This document shows positions 9,588 through 18,726 of a DNA stretch of 32,000 bases, one piece after another (within the stretch, counting starts at the first letter, position 1; every line of letters starts with the position of its first letter). The stretch comes from Candidatus Kuenenia stuttgartensis (GTDB lineage: Bacteria > Planctomycetota > Brocadiia > Brocadiales > Brocadiaceae): assembly GCF_900232105.1 (NCBI RefSeq), contig NZ_LT934425.1, positions 1,770,001 through 1,802,000 on the forward strand, in the 5' to 3' direction. The translations under genes and the position numbers were made by a program. The notes under the pieces are model-generated. The model did not search any database. It was not told where the DNA came from and saw only the letters and a list, made by a program, of their open reading frames with translations.

Positions 9588-11201
9588 TCAAGTGTAAAGT
9601 CTTTTAAAAAAAGAGGATAAAACCATGCCCCCGGTCACTGTTAAACAAACAAGGGGAAACCAATCTCCGTATAGCGTATAATAAGTATTATCGCTTTTAA
9701 CCAGTTTAATCCGGTTTAACAGAACGCCGCTTATCTCTTTTTGCCTCCCTTCGGAGTCGGTTAGTTTACTATATATATTCCCGTCAGGACTCACAAATGC
9801 CGATATCCCCGTATTTGCCGCACGCGCCATGCCTGTACGATTTTCTACTGCTCTAAATACCATTATTGCAAGATGTTGCTCCAATTCCGCGCTATCATGA
9901 AACCATCCATCATTTGTCACGTTAAATATAAAATCCACTCCTTGCTTTTTCAGGTTCCTTAGCAAGGCGGAAACCGTGTCTTCATAGCAAATAGATGCTC
10001 CAAAACGAAAGGTTTGATTTTGCAACGTCTTAAGATGAAATAAGGTGGGGGCTTTCCCGGGCGACAACCCAACAGAATAAGGCACTAGTTTCGCTAAAAA
10101 AGGAAAATATTTTTTCAGCGGAGTAAATTCACCAAAAGGCACCAGGTGGATCTTGTCGTATCTGTCCAGCAGTTTTCCGTTTATTCCATAAAAATAAACG
10201 CTGTTAAAATATCGTTGATCATCTTCCGAAAGAACCAGTGAAATACCGCCCAGGAGGAGGTTTGCATTCAATTCCTGCGCCAGTTGAACTACCGTAAGCT
10301 GCGACAGATAATCAATTTTTCTTCCCGTAAGGTCAGGGTTGATATTAAGTATCCCCGGCACCATCGTTTCCGGCCAGACGACAATATCTACCGGTTCCCC
10401 TTTAACGCGTACAGATAAATCATAATATTTTCTTAACGTATCAACTTCTTCCTCTTCCGACGGCGCTGCTTTCACGTCCTGCGGGATATTCCCCTGCACC
10501 AGACACACAACAGGTCCGTCATACGGCTTATAACCTTTAAGCCAATGCACGCCATACCATAACGCCCCAATAACAAATAGCGGCGGTAAAATATACGATA
10601 AATAAATAAACTCGTGTTTTCTTCCAACCCAAAGGGCTATTTCATCATTTTTTTCATTTCCCTTCTCTTTAAGAAAACAATGTGCGATTAACCACGCAAT
10701 ATACGCATTCACCATAATAATAATAAACGATACGCCGGAGACTCCTGTAATGTCACATATTTGTATTACCGGCAAACAGCGGTATTGAGTGTGGCCTGCG
10801 AAAAACCAGGGAAACCCAGAGAAGAGATAGGATCGTATATATTCCAAAGCTATCCACACACATGGGGCCACAAAAACGATGGGTAACTTTAGTTTTAAAA
10901 CGGCCCTTCGAATGCAAAAAGCAAAGCAGAGGAAATAGAGCGCACAATAAAGACTTAATAACAACCACGCCGCATAGGTAACATGCCGCAGCCATGAAAG
11001 CTCTGTGAAAAAAAAGAGCAACCCTACAAGATATGAAGAAAGAAGGACATGCTTCTTTCCCCGGATAATAAGGATAAACCACGGTACAAGTGCAAACCAG
11101 GCAAAATACCCTAAATCTGCAGGAGGAAAGGAAAGGCAGAAAAAAAGGATGGTTAAAAAGGAAAGGCCTGTAATTTGAATAATTTCTTTATTTCTCAACA
11201 C
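9588..11201 (-). CDS. lnt: Apolipoprotein N-acyltransferase
   Basis: LSFPPADLGYFAWFALVPWF; VWPETMVPG; HLVPFGEFTPLKKYFPF; GASICYEDTV; FIFNVTNDGWFHDSAELEQHLAIMVFRAVENRTGMARAANTGIS. Confidence 0.95.
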   Translation of the reverse strand: MLRNKEIIQITGLSFLTILFFCLSFPPADLGYFAWFALVPWFILIIRGKKHVLLSSYLVGLLFFFTELSWLRHVTYAAWLLLSLYCALYFLCFAFCIRRAVLKLKLPIVFVAPCVWIALEYIRSYLFSGFPWFFAGHTQYRCLPVIQICDITGVSGVSFIIIMVNAYIAWLIAHCFLKEKGNEKNDEIALWVGRKHEFIYLSYILPPLFVIGALWYGVHWLKGYKPYDGPVVCLVQGNIPQDVKAAPSEEEEVDTLRKYYDLSVRVKGEPVDIVVWPETMVPGILNINPDLTGRKIDYLSQLTVVQLAQELNANLLLGGISLVLSEDDQRYFNSVYFYGINGKLLDRYDKIHLVPFGEFTPLKKYFPFLAKLVPYSVGLSPGKAPTLFHLKTLQNQTFRFGASICYEDTVSALLRNLKKQGVDFIFNVTNDGWFHDSAELEQHLAIMVFRAVENRTGMARAANTGISAFVSPDGNIYSKLTDSEGRQKEISGVLLNRIKLVKSDNTYYTLYGDWFPLVCLTVTGGMVLSSFFKRLYT

Positions 11202-12403
11202 AGGTTATCGAGAAGAATAATATCAATCAATTGTCCTTTGGAAAGTGTTTCTGCTTCTTCAGGAATAATAAGAAGGCAATTCGCCTTTGTCGTTGCCAAT
11301 AAGTCAGCGGAACCATGCCATTCAACAGGAGAAACAGACCATGTGTTTTCTTTCCATTGACACCGTGCAGGGCGAAACTCGCGGCGTCTTCTTTTCGTGG
11401 AAATATCCGTTTCCAACAATGCCGCTACCGTTGTTCTGCTCAAAGAAGAAAAACCCATTAATTTCCGTATCGCCGGATAGATAAACAATTCGAACGTAAC
11501 CAGTGAAGCAACAGGGTTCCCGGGCAGTGCAAAAATCAATGTTTTGTCCTTTTTCCCGAAGATAACGGGTTTTCCCGGCCGTAACGCCACCTTTTCAAAA
11601 TAAATGCGCACCCCTGCTTCTTTCAAAACATCTCCGACAAGATCATATTCTCCCATTGAAACCCCGCCGGAAAGAATCAGGACATCCTTCTGCAGCCCCC
11701 GCGTCATTATCTCCACAATGTCTTCTTTCCTATCTCCGGCAATGCCCAGTATTTCAACCCCGGCATTCATTCGCCTTGCCTGTGCTGCCAGGGAATAACT
11801 GTTGCTGTTTCTTATTTGTACAGGAGACGGTTTTTCATCAACGTTTACCAGTTCATTCCCTGTAGAAATGATGCCAACGGCAGGGGCAGGATATACTTTT
11901 ACAACAGACTTTCCCACTGTTGCGAGTATCCCTATTTCCTGTGGACGAATCTGCATCCCTGCATGAAGAACTATTTGCCCGATTTGTATATCCTCGCCAC
12001 GGTTGGAAATATTGGCTCCGGTTTTAACAGATTTCGATATTTTTACCCGGTCTTCTTCCCCGGTATCGTCCGTATCCTCAAACCTGACTACCGCATCCGC
12101 ACCTTCCGGAACGGATGCGCCGGTCATAATTTTAGAAACACACCCCTGCGATACCTTCTTTGCAGGCATATCTCCCGCCGCAATATTCTCAATGATTTTT
12201 AATACGACGGGCGCGGTTTTCGTATCTTCCGCAATCACAGCGTATCCGTCCATGGCAGAACGATTGAAGGGGGGCATGTCGATGTCGGACCTTACGTCTT
12301 CGGCAAGACAAAAACCCCGTGCGTCCTCAAAGTACACCTCTGTGGGCGCTAAAGGGCTTACATTTTCAATAATAATTTTCTTTGCTTCATCTACTGAAAT
12401 CAT
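11195..12403 (-). CDS. moeA: Molybdopterin molybdenumtransferase
   Basis: PPFNRSAMDGYAV, IMTGASVPEGADAVVRFEDT, GIISTGNELV, ILSGGVSMGEYD, GKPVIFGKKDKTLIFALPGNPVASLVTFELF. Overlaps lnt start by 7 nt. Confidence 0.95.
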   Translation of the reverse strand: MISVDEAKKIIIENVSPLAPTEVYFEDARGFCLAEDVRSDIDMPPFNRSAMDGYAVIAEDTKTAPVVLKIIENIAAGDMPAKKVSQGCVSKIMTGASVPEGADAVVRFEDTDDTGEEDRVKISKSVKTGANISNRGEDIQIGQIVLHAGMQIRPQEIGILATVGKSVVKVYPAPAVGIISTGNELVNVDEKPSPVQIRNSNSYSLAAQARRMNAGVEILGIAGDRKEDIVEIMTRGLQKDVLILSGGVSMGEYDLVGDVLKEAGVRIYFEKVALRPGKPVIFGKKDKTLIFALPGNPVASLVTFELFIYPAIRKLMGFSSLSRTTVAALLETDISTKRRRREFRPARCQWKENTWSVSPVEWHGSADLLATTKANCLLIIPEEAETLSKGQLIDIILLDNLC

Positions 12404-12803
12404 AGTTTGCTATGTTAAATAAACAACAATGGTAAGTCAAGTATTGTTACGCTGACGAAAATAAACAAGCGCTTCCGATACCGTTGTATCAACACTATTT
12501 ACAGACTTATTGTGACAGCGCCTCACCGCTTTACAAATGAATAGTAAAAGTGGCGGTTGTCTGCTAAAATGTAAGGACATTTTTTTGTTAATGGTATGCG
12601 GTTCTTATTGGTGGATTCGTCGCTAAAAAGCCGCGCCTTAATCCGCATTCTACACAGGTTTGCAAACCGAACCCGTAGTTAGCCTTTGGGTGGAATTAAA
12701 ATTTTGAATTTATTTCGGATTTTACCATTAAATATTTTGACAAAAGTGCGAAGAAATACCTTTTAGGGTACTAACTCTTTGCCCTCTGTGAAAGGAGGAC
12801 GCG

Positions 12804-13322
12804 TTGAATCATTCCGTAGTAAAATATCCCATCTTCTGCTGGTTCATGTTGTTTTTTCCCCTTTGTTTTTACGGATGCGCCTCGTTAAGCAACAAAGACC
12901 ATCCTTTTCATTTTGATAGACAACATGCAATACTTTCGCAGAGAGAAGGGTGGCAAGTCCTTCAGGATGAAAAGGAGGGTATCATTCTATGGAATGAAGA
13001 GCACCTTGCCGCAATTGTCATGCTTTATAGTCCTTCCGGCAATAAAAAACTCACACCCGATCTGCTCAATCATCAACTGTTTATTGGCATAAGGAACAAG
13101 GATATTGTATTGAAAGAACCGTTAATCATTGACGGCAAGGACGCACTGCATTCATTATTATTGGGGGAACTCGACAGCAGAAAATTTAAATTTGACTCCT
13201 ATACTATAAAAGGAGAGGGCATTGTTTGCGACATCGTCTATTTTGCACCTCCCGATTTTTTTGACGCCAAGCATGAAGACTTCCTTACATTAATACAAAC
13301 ATTCAAATTCCCAGCACAATAA
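12804..13322 (+). CDS. Hypothetical putative lipoprotein
   Basis: 172-aa ORF, hydrophobic leader followed by FYGC-A lipobox-like site; RBS-like ggagg upstream of ATG. Confidence 0.6.
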   Translation: MNHSVVKYPIFCWFMLFFPLCFYGCASLSNKDHPFHFDRQHAILSQREGWQVLQDEKEGIILWNEEHLAAIVMLYSPSGNKKLTPDLLNHQLFIGIRNKDIVLKEPLIIDGKDALHSLLLGELDSRKFKFDSYTIKGEGIVCDIVYFAPPDFFDAKHEDFLTLIQTFKFPAQ

Positions 13323-13536
13323 CATATCTGCCGGGTATTGTAATGGGTCTGGTTTCTACCCTGTCTTGAGTGTTAAAATCTACAGGCAATCCGTCTTTCT
13401 CCTCCCAAAGAATTTCGTCTCATGCATTGAAGGCAAAAAACTCTCTGTGCAAAAAAAAATGTCTTGAAGCGGCTGTTTTTTATCACAAGTAATGTTCTAT
13501 TAACCGGATAAACAAACGGTAACCACAAATTAGTAA

Positions 13537-13690
13537 GTAAATTTGGTAACACTTTAGTTTTTTGAAAAAGTAGATGCGAAGCATTTGCCACCTTTGGGTT
13601 TGAATGCATTTATGACAATTTACGGTAAATGCTTCGCCCCTACAATGCGATTATTGGAATTTTCAAAAAACTAAAGTGTTACTAAATTTG
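13537..13690. repeat. MITE-like nested inverted-repeat element
   Basis: Outer arms GTAAATTTGGTAACACTTTAGTTTTTTGAAAA (13537..13568) and TTTTCAAAAAACTAAAGTGTTACTAAATTTG (13660..13690); inner arms GCGAAGCATTTGCC / GGTAAATGCTTCGC. Confidence 0.7.
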
Positions 13691-13740
13691 AGAAAACAGG
13701 ATATTATAACCTTATGTTTATACACATCTTTTTCGTTTCC

Positions 13741-15752
13741 CTAGCGTGAGTTTATCACGAAATAAGGTGTAAGACAAAGACATCAAGTTGCAATCCAATG
13801 ATTTGTATCGGGTTGCGACTTTTTTTGTCTAAAAAATTATGTATACACTGAATAATACTATATTTATATTGCATTATATGCCTGTATATACTATTATACA
13901 CGGAGTATTAATCTATTACGTATACACTAACAACTAATAGCCATGGCTACCATTCAATCTAAAAACTCCAGAGGTTATAAATATTGGTATATTGTCGAAT
14001 CGCGGCGCGTTAACGGCAAGCCCAGGCCCATCGTCCTGGCCTATCTTGGCAAGGCAGACGATTTATTAAAACAACTGCAAGGTCTTACCGAAAAATTACG
14101 GCTCAAATCTTATTCACATGGCGCGGTAGCCGCATTGCTAAGTGTGGCCAATGCCCTGGACGTCCCTTCCGTGATTAATAAATATATAAAGTCGCCACGG
14201 CAGTATTGTGCTAAAAAACCTGTTCGAAATAATCTGACCGCCGGAAGTACCCTCTTGTTGGGTGCCGTGGGGAGAGTGTGTGTGCCTACCAGCAAAAGAG
14301 GATGGTGGGATTGGGCAAAGACGACTACTGCCGAATACTTACTCAGACACAGCTTGAGTAAAATAGACAGTCAGCATTTCTGGGATTTGATGGATGCACT
14401 TCCTGAAGAATCCATTGCAGAAATCGAGCGCGAATTAATTGAAAAGACATTTAAAACATACAACCTTCAAAGCGACACACTGTTTTTTGATACAACCAAT
14501 TTTTTCACGTATATCGACACAACTAATCTGCGATGCACTATTGCCCGGCGGGGGAAAAACAAACAAAAGCGATACGATCTCAGGCAGGTCGGGTTGGCGA
14601 TGGTCGTTACACGTAACGACATGATACCGTTGTTTCACCATACCTATCAGGGGAACATGGCGGATGCAAAGGTGTTCAGCGCGGTTCTTGAGACGATAAA
14701 AGACAGGATGACCGGATTAGGTTTCGACAGCAAAAAGCACACTATTGTTTTTGATCGTGGAAACAATTCCATGGACAATATGGCTATTGTAGAGAGATTG
14801 GCATTGCATTACGTTGGAGCGCTTACACCGTATCATCACAAGCAGTTGGTAGGGGATGCCATGTGTAATTTCAGGGAATATGACGTTGACGGCAGTAAGA
14901 TACAGGTGTACCATGACAAACGGGTTATTTGGGGGCAGGAAAGAACCGTTGTCGTATTTATTTCCGAGAAATTAAAGGTTGGGCAATTAAGGGGAATGTC
15001 TCAGTCTCTGGAAAAGGCAGAACATCAGTTAAAGCTCTTACAGCAGCATCTGTGTAATCCAAAGGGAAAGATGCGGGACAAAGAGGGTCTGGAGGATACG
15101 ATAAGAAGTGTAGTGAAATGTCAATTTGCGAAGGATGTTATCGATTGGTCGTTAAAAGAGGTATCTGAAGGCAAGTTTCAATTGAATTTTTCAATCGACC
15201 AGAAAAAGCTCGAAGAAATAGAAGGGGAACTGGGGTTCAGGATTCTTATGACAGACCATCACGATTGGGATACCGCGGACATTATAAAAGCCTACTATGG
15301 GCAATCAAAAATTGAACATGCCTTTAGAAATCTCAAGAACCCCTATCACCTTGCTTTAAAACCGCAATTTCACTGGACGGATCAGAAAATCAGGGTGCAT
15401 TTTTTTATTTGCGTCCTCGGATACCTAATGGCGGCGATTGTGTGGTATCAGGCAAAAGCGCACGCACAATTTAGTGGAACGTTAGATACCCTGTTAGACA
15501 CCCTTAATAATATAAGGCTTTCTGCTATGCTTGAAGAAACAAAGGCCAGAGGGAGAGTTAAGGCTACCTACAAATTGGAAGAAATGTCCGACAAGGAATC
15601 TCTGTTGATGAATGCGTTAGGCATTATGGATTTCCACAAACATCGGCTGAAACTTCAAGGACTCAGTGTATACAATTGATGTTGTGCTTAACGCATTGAC
15701 TGTATTTATGTTACGTTGCTTCATGCCTTATTTTGTGATAAACTCACGCTAG
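13741..15752 (+). mobile_element. IS1634-like insertion sequence, copy 1
   Basis: Terminal inverted repeats CTAGCGTGAGTTTATCACGAAATAAGG / CCTTATTTTGTGATAAACTCACGCTAG; full-length transposase inside; same right end recurs at 31153. Confidence 0.9.
13943..15679 (+). CDS. IS1634-family transposase (copy 1)
   Basis: 578-aa ORF MATIQSKNSRGYKYWYIVESRRVNGKPRPIVLAYLG..., SDTLFFDTTNFFTY, TIVFDRGNNSMDN, YYGQSKIEHAFRNLKNPYHLALKPQFHWTDQKIRVHFFICVLGYLM. Confidence 0.9.
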   Translation: MATIQSKNSRGYKYWYIVESRRVNGKPRPIVLAYLGKADDLLKQLQGLTEKLRLKSYSHGAVAALLSVANALDVPSVINKYIKSPRQYCAKKPVRNNLTAGSTLLLGAVGRVCVPTSKRGWWDWAKTTTAEYLLRHSLSKIDSQHFWDLMDALPEESIAEIERELIEKTFKTYNLQSDTLFFDTTNFFTYIDTTNLRCTIARRGKNKQKRYDLRQVGLAMVVTRNDMIPLFHHTYQGNMADAKVFSAVLETIKDRMTGLGFDSKKHTIVFDRGNNSMDNMAIVERLALHYVGALTPYHHKQLVGDAMCNFREYDVDGSKIQVYHDKRVIWGQERTVVVFISEKLKVGQLRGMSQSLEKAEHQLKLLQQHLCNPKGKMRDKEGLEDTIRSVVKCQFAKDVIDWSLKEVSEGKFQLNFSIDQKKLEEIEGELGFRILMTDHHDWDTADIIKAYYGQSKIEHAFRNLKNPYHLALKPQFHWTDQKIRVHFFICVLGYLMAAIVWYQAKAHAQFSGTLDTLLDTLNNIRLSAMLEETKARGRVKATYKLEEMSDKESLLMNALGIMDFHKHRLKLQGLSVYN

Positions 15753-15873
15753 AGTTATTGTGGCAAGGGAGAAGATACATTAAGAAATTTAGCTGAACAC
15801 AGAAACACTGAATAATTATAATTATCTCTTTGAGTAAATACAAACTGTATTACATGGGAATGGCCAAGGACTG

Positions 15874-16496
15874 GTGCGGCAAAAAGCAAAGCTTCCGCTG
15901 CTAAGCGTATTGGAGACAGACATTCAAAGCCTGACCGGATTGCGATTGGATAGGGTACGCAGTCGGGAAGAGTCTGCATATTGGAATAGCTTGATTGATG
16001 AGTATCATTATCTGGGCTACAAGCCACTTCCTGGGGCGCAGGCAAGGTATTTGATTAGGTGGGACGGTGGAGATTTGGGGGCGATAGGTTTTTCCGCAGC
16101 GGCATGGAAAGTGGGAGTACGAGACCGGTGGATAGGGTGGGATGCGTTGACCCGCGAGAAGGGTTTACGCATGATTGTGAACAACGCGCGATTTTAGTAT
16201 TGCAAAATATCCGGGTGAAGAATTTGGCATCCCGTGTGCTTTCCCTTTGCGCGAGGCGAATACGAGTTGATTTTTTAGAGCCCTATAACTATGAACCGGT
16301 TCTTTTCGAGACATTTGTGGAAAAGGGTAGGTATTCAGGAGTCTGTTATCGCGCTGCGAATTGGCTTTACCTGGGAGATACAAAGGGAAGAGGGAAGTTA
16401 GACCGTTACCATATGCAGGGTGTTCCGGTCAAGGCCGTTTTTGTGTACCCGCTTGTTTGCAATCCCCGTCAGAGTTTGGCGGAGGTGGTGCAATGA
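15874..16496 (+). pseudogene. DUF4338 / Druantia DruA-like protein, apparently 5'-truncated and frameshifted
   Basis: Frame 1: SREESAYWNSLIDEYHYLGYKPLPGAQARYLIRWDGGDLGAIGFSAAAWKVGVRDRWIGWDALTREKGLRMIVNNARF, then frame 3: VLQNIRVKNLASRVLSLCARRI...YNYEPVLFETFVEKGRYSGVCYRAANWLYLGDTKGRGKLDR...PVKAVFVYPL. A one-base shortfall in the T run at 16192..16195 (NNARF|LVLQN) breaks the frame. Confidence 0.82.
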
Positions 16497-17917
16497 GCGA
16501 CTGGGGAAACGAGGAAACTGCAACGGCGGATTTTTCAGATGAGCGATTGAATAAACGGATGCGAGCGTTGCTGGATCGATTGGGTAGCAAGCCCGGAGCA
16601 AGTGTGCCAGCGGCCTGCAAGGGGTGGGATGAGACCATAGCCGCGTATCGTTTTTTAGATAATGAAAAAGTAACCGACCAAAAAGTATTATCATCACACA
16701 GGGACGCAACGCACAAGCGAATGGCGGGGCGTAAAGTGGTTCTCTGTGTTCAAGGCACGACGGAAATGGATTTTACGGGACGCAAACTCAAGGGGGCAGG
16801 GCCGCTCAGTATTCAGGAACGGATTGGTTTTTTCAACCACGTGACTCTGGCTGTTACGCCAGAGCGCCTTTGTCTGGGCGTGTTAGACGCAGAACTGTGG
16901 GTGCGCGACTTTGAAGACCGCAATAAAAATGACAAGCGCAAACAAAAGCCTATCGAGGAAAAGGAGAGTCATCGTTGGCTGGAAGGTTACCGTAGAGTCT
17001 GTGAGTTAAGCGAACAACTCCCCGGCACAATGCTCGTAAGTATTTCAGATCGGAAAGGTGATATCTACGAATGTTTTTGGGAGTCTGTGCGCATGGATGA
17101 GGGTAAGCGGGCGGAGTTTATAATTCGTGGTTGCCATGACCGAAGATTGCCGGAGAAGCTGGAAGATGGATGCTATAAAAAGTTGATGGAGGAGGTATCG
17201 GGAAAACCCATTTTGGGAGAGGTGGAATTCAAAATTCCCAAAACAGAGAACCGTTCCGCCCGAAGGGTGGTACAGTCGGTGAAGGCTTGCCGTGTTCGAC
17301 TCAAGCCTCCATATCGCAAAGGAGAAATGATGCCTGAAGTGGAAATCAATGTGGTGTTCGTCGAAGAGATCAATCCTCCAGGAGGAGGAGAGCCGATCGC
17401 ATGGTTGCTGCTCACCAGCCTCCCCATAGACACCTTCGGGCAAGCGTGTCTCGTGGTGGAATATTACCTTTGCCGATGGCAGATAGAGATGTATTTTAAA
17501 GTATTAAAGAGCGGTTGCAAGATAGAAGAGCGTCAATTGGAGACAGCGGAGCGTATCAAGCCGTGTATTGCTCTTTATATGATAGTGGCATGGCGGGTAT
17601 TGTTTGTTACCATGCTTGGAAGGGAATGCCCGGATTTGCCGTGTACAGCGCTTTTAGAGGATGATGAATGGAAACCCGTGTATATGATTGCCAAAAATGA
17701 AGCTCCACCCGAAACCCCGCCATCGCGCGTAGACTTTACCTTAATGGTATCAAGTCTGGGAGGATACTTAAATCGCAAATGCGATGGCCCACCAGGCCCA
17801 AAAACCATGTGGGTTGGCCTGCAGCGAATGGTAGACTTCACATTGGCATGGAAAGCCTTTGGGCCTGTGCAACCGAAAACACGGAATGGAAAAGATGTGT
17901 ATAAACATAAGGGTTGA
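16493..17917 (+). CDS. IS4-family (Tn5/IS50-like) transposase
   Basis: MSDWGNEETATADFSDERLNKRMRALLDRLGSKPGASVPAACKGWDETIAAYRFLDNEKV; VLCVQGTTEMDFTGR; YYLCRWQIEMYFKVLKSGCKIEERQLETAERI (YREK-type motif). ATGA overlap with the DruA-like stop. Confidence 0.9.
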   Translation: MSDWGNEETATADFSDERLNKRMRALLDRLGSKPGASVPAACKGWDETIAAYRFLDNEKVTDQKVLSSHRDATHKRMAGRKVVLCVQGTTEMDFTGRKLKGAGPLSIQERIGFFNHVTLAVTPERLCLGVLDAELWVRDFEDRNKNDKRKQKPIEEKESHRWLEGYRRVCELSEQLPGTMLVSISDRKGDIYECFWESVRMDEGKRAEFIIRGCHDRRLPEKLEDGCYKKLMEEVSGKPILGEVEFKIPKTENRSARRVVQSVKACRVRLKPPYRKGEMMPEVEINVVFVEEINPPGGGEPIAWLLLTSLPIDTFGQACLVVEYYLCRWQIEMYFKVLKSGCKIEERQLETAERIKPCIALYMIVAWRVLFVTMLGRECPDLPCTALLEDDEWKPVYMIAKNEAPPETPPSRVDFTLMVSSLGGYLNRKCDGPPGPKTMWVGLQRMVDFTLAWKAFGPVQPKTRNGKDVYKHKG

Positions 17918-18183
17918 GGGGTGGGTAAAAAGCCGTTGAAGTGCATGGTGCTTAGGGAATTGGATTTTTCTATTGTACCGTAGCGCTCAGCAGTCTAAAG
18001 TCGGCAAAATTGCAGATTGAGGACTGATTTCGTGCTTGTTTGGTTCTGGCTATGCCAACTTAGGATTAATGAGGACTCTGATATTACATTCCCAAATTCT
18101 GGCGACACCATACTTAATTTTGAATACTCCCATTTTTTAGCAATTAGTAAGCCTCATCGTGTTTCCCAATATCAACAAAAACG

Positions 18184-18313
18184 TAACACTTTAGTTTTTT
18201 GAAAAAACTCTATAAAATTAAGGATTGCGTGTTTTATAGGAAATATAGAAGTATGGACACTTCCTTTATTTTTCCCCCAGATCAAGCAAGAAATATGGGA
18301 TGTGTCCCTAATT
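18184..18313. repeat. Dispersed repeat copy 1 (aacactttagttttttgaaaa ... GGACACTTCC ... GGGATGTGTCCC)
   Basis: Aligns with 18727..18855 over its whole length and with 23312..23382 over its second half. Confidence 0.75.
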
Positions 18314-18315
18314 CT

Positions 18316-18719
18316 CCAATTCAGGAGTTTCACCGGAAGAGAAAAGCACTATAGTCAATAAAGTTCCGAATGCTCTTATGGTAGGCGATGGAGTAAACGA
18401 CGCCCTTGCCATGTCATCCGGTTCCATTGGCATTGCGGTTCTGGGCAGCATAGAGGCGAGCTTGGTCGCAGCGGACATCTATTCAACGAAGGAGGGGGTT
18501 TCTCCTGTTTTAGACCTGATTTTATTAAGCAAAAACACCCTCTCTATTATTAAGAGAAACCTTGTAATTTCGTTTCTTTATAACTTTGCCGGCGGAATAG
18601 CCGCTCTTTTCGGAGGTATCTCGCCCCTTGTTGCGGCAATACTTATGCCTGTAAGTTCTCTCGTTATACTACTTTCTACGGTAACAGGCACAAGATTTAC
18701 CAGAAAATTCAATAAATGA
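18316..18719 (+). pseudogene. C-terminal fragment of a P-type (heavy-metal) ATPase
   Basis: In-frame SGVSPEEKSTIVNKVPNALMVGDGVNDALAMSSGSIGIAVLGSIEASLVAADIYST...SIIKRNLVISFLYNFAGGIAALFGGISPLVAAILMPVSSLVILLSTV: GDGVND hinge motif and C-terminal TMs only, starting directly at a repeat boundary. Confidence 0.88.
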
Positions 18720-18726
18720 TAACACT

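Larger units (their letters stand above)
13710..17912 (+). mobile_element. IS4-superfamily (Tn5/IS50-like) element with a DUF4338/DruA-like passenger, interrupted by an IS1634-like element
   Basis: Perfect 23-bp terminal inverted repeat CCTTATGTTTATACACATCTTTT (13710..13732) / AAAAGATGTGTATAAACATAAGG (17890..17912). The core TTATACACATCT matches the Tn5 mosaic-end core. Encloses DruA-like gene + transposase. About 2.19 kb once the 2.01-kb inserted IS is subtracted. No target duplication found. Confidence 0.72.

Noticed and set aside
13373-13609. 78-aa minus ORF
   Set aside because: Overlaps the MITE-like repeat and intergenic sequence, with no coding signal.
15753-18378. A complete Druantia defence system
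   Set aside because: Only the DruA-like gene is present; no large DruE-type helicase or other Druantia genes are adjacent, and the neighbour is a transposase within shared inverted repeats. The helicase at 23-31 kb has different motifs and a C-terminal nuclease and is separated by other genes.
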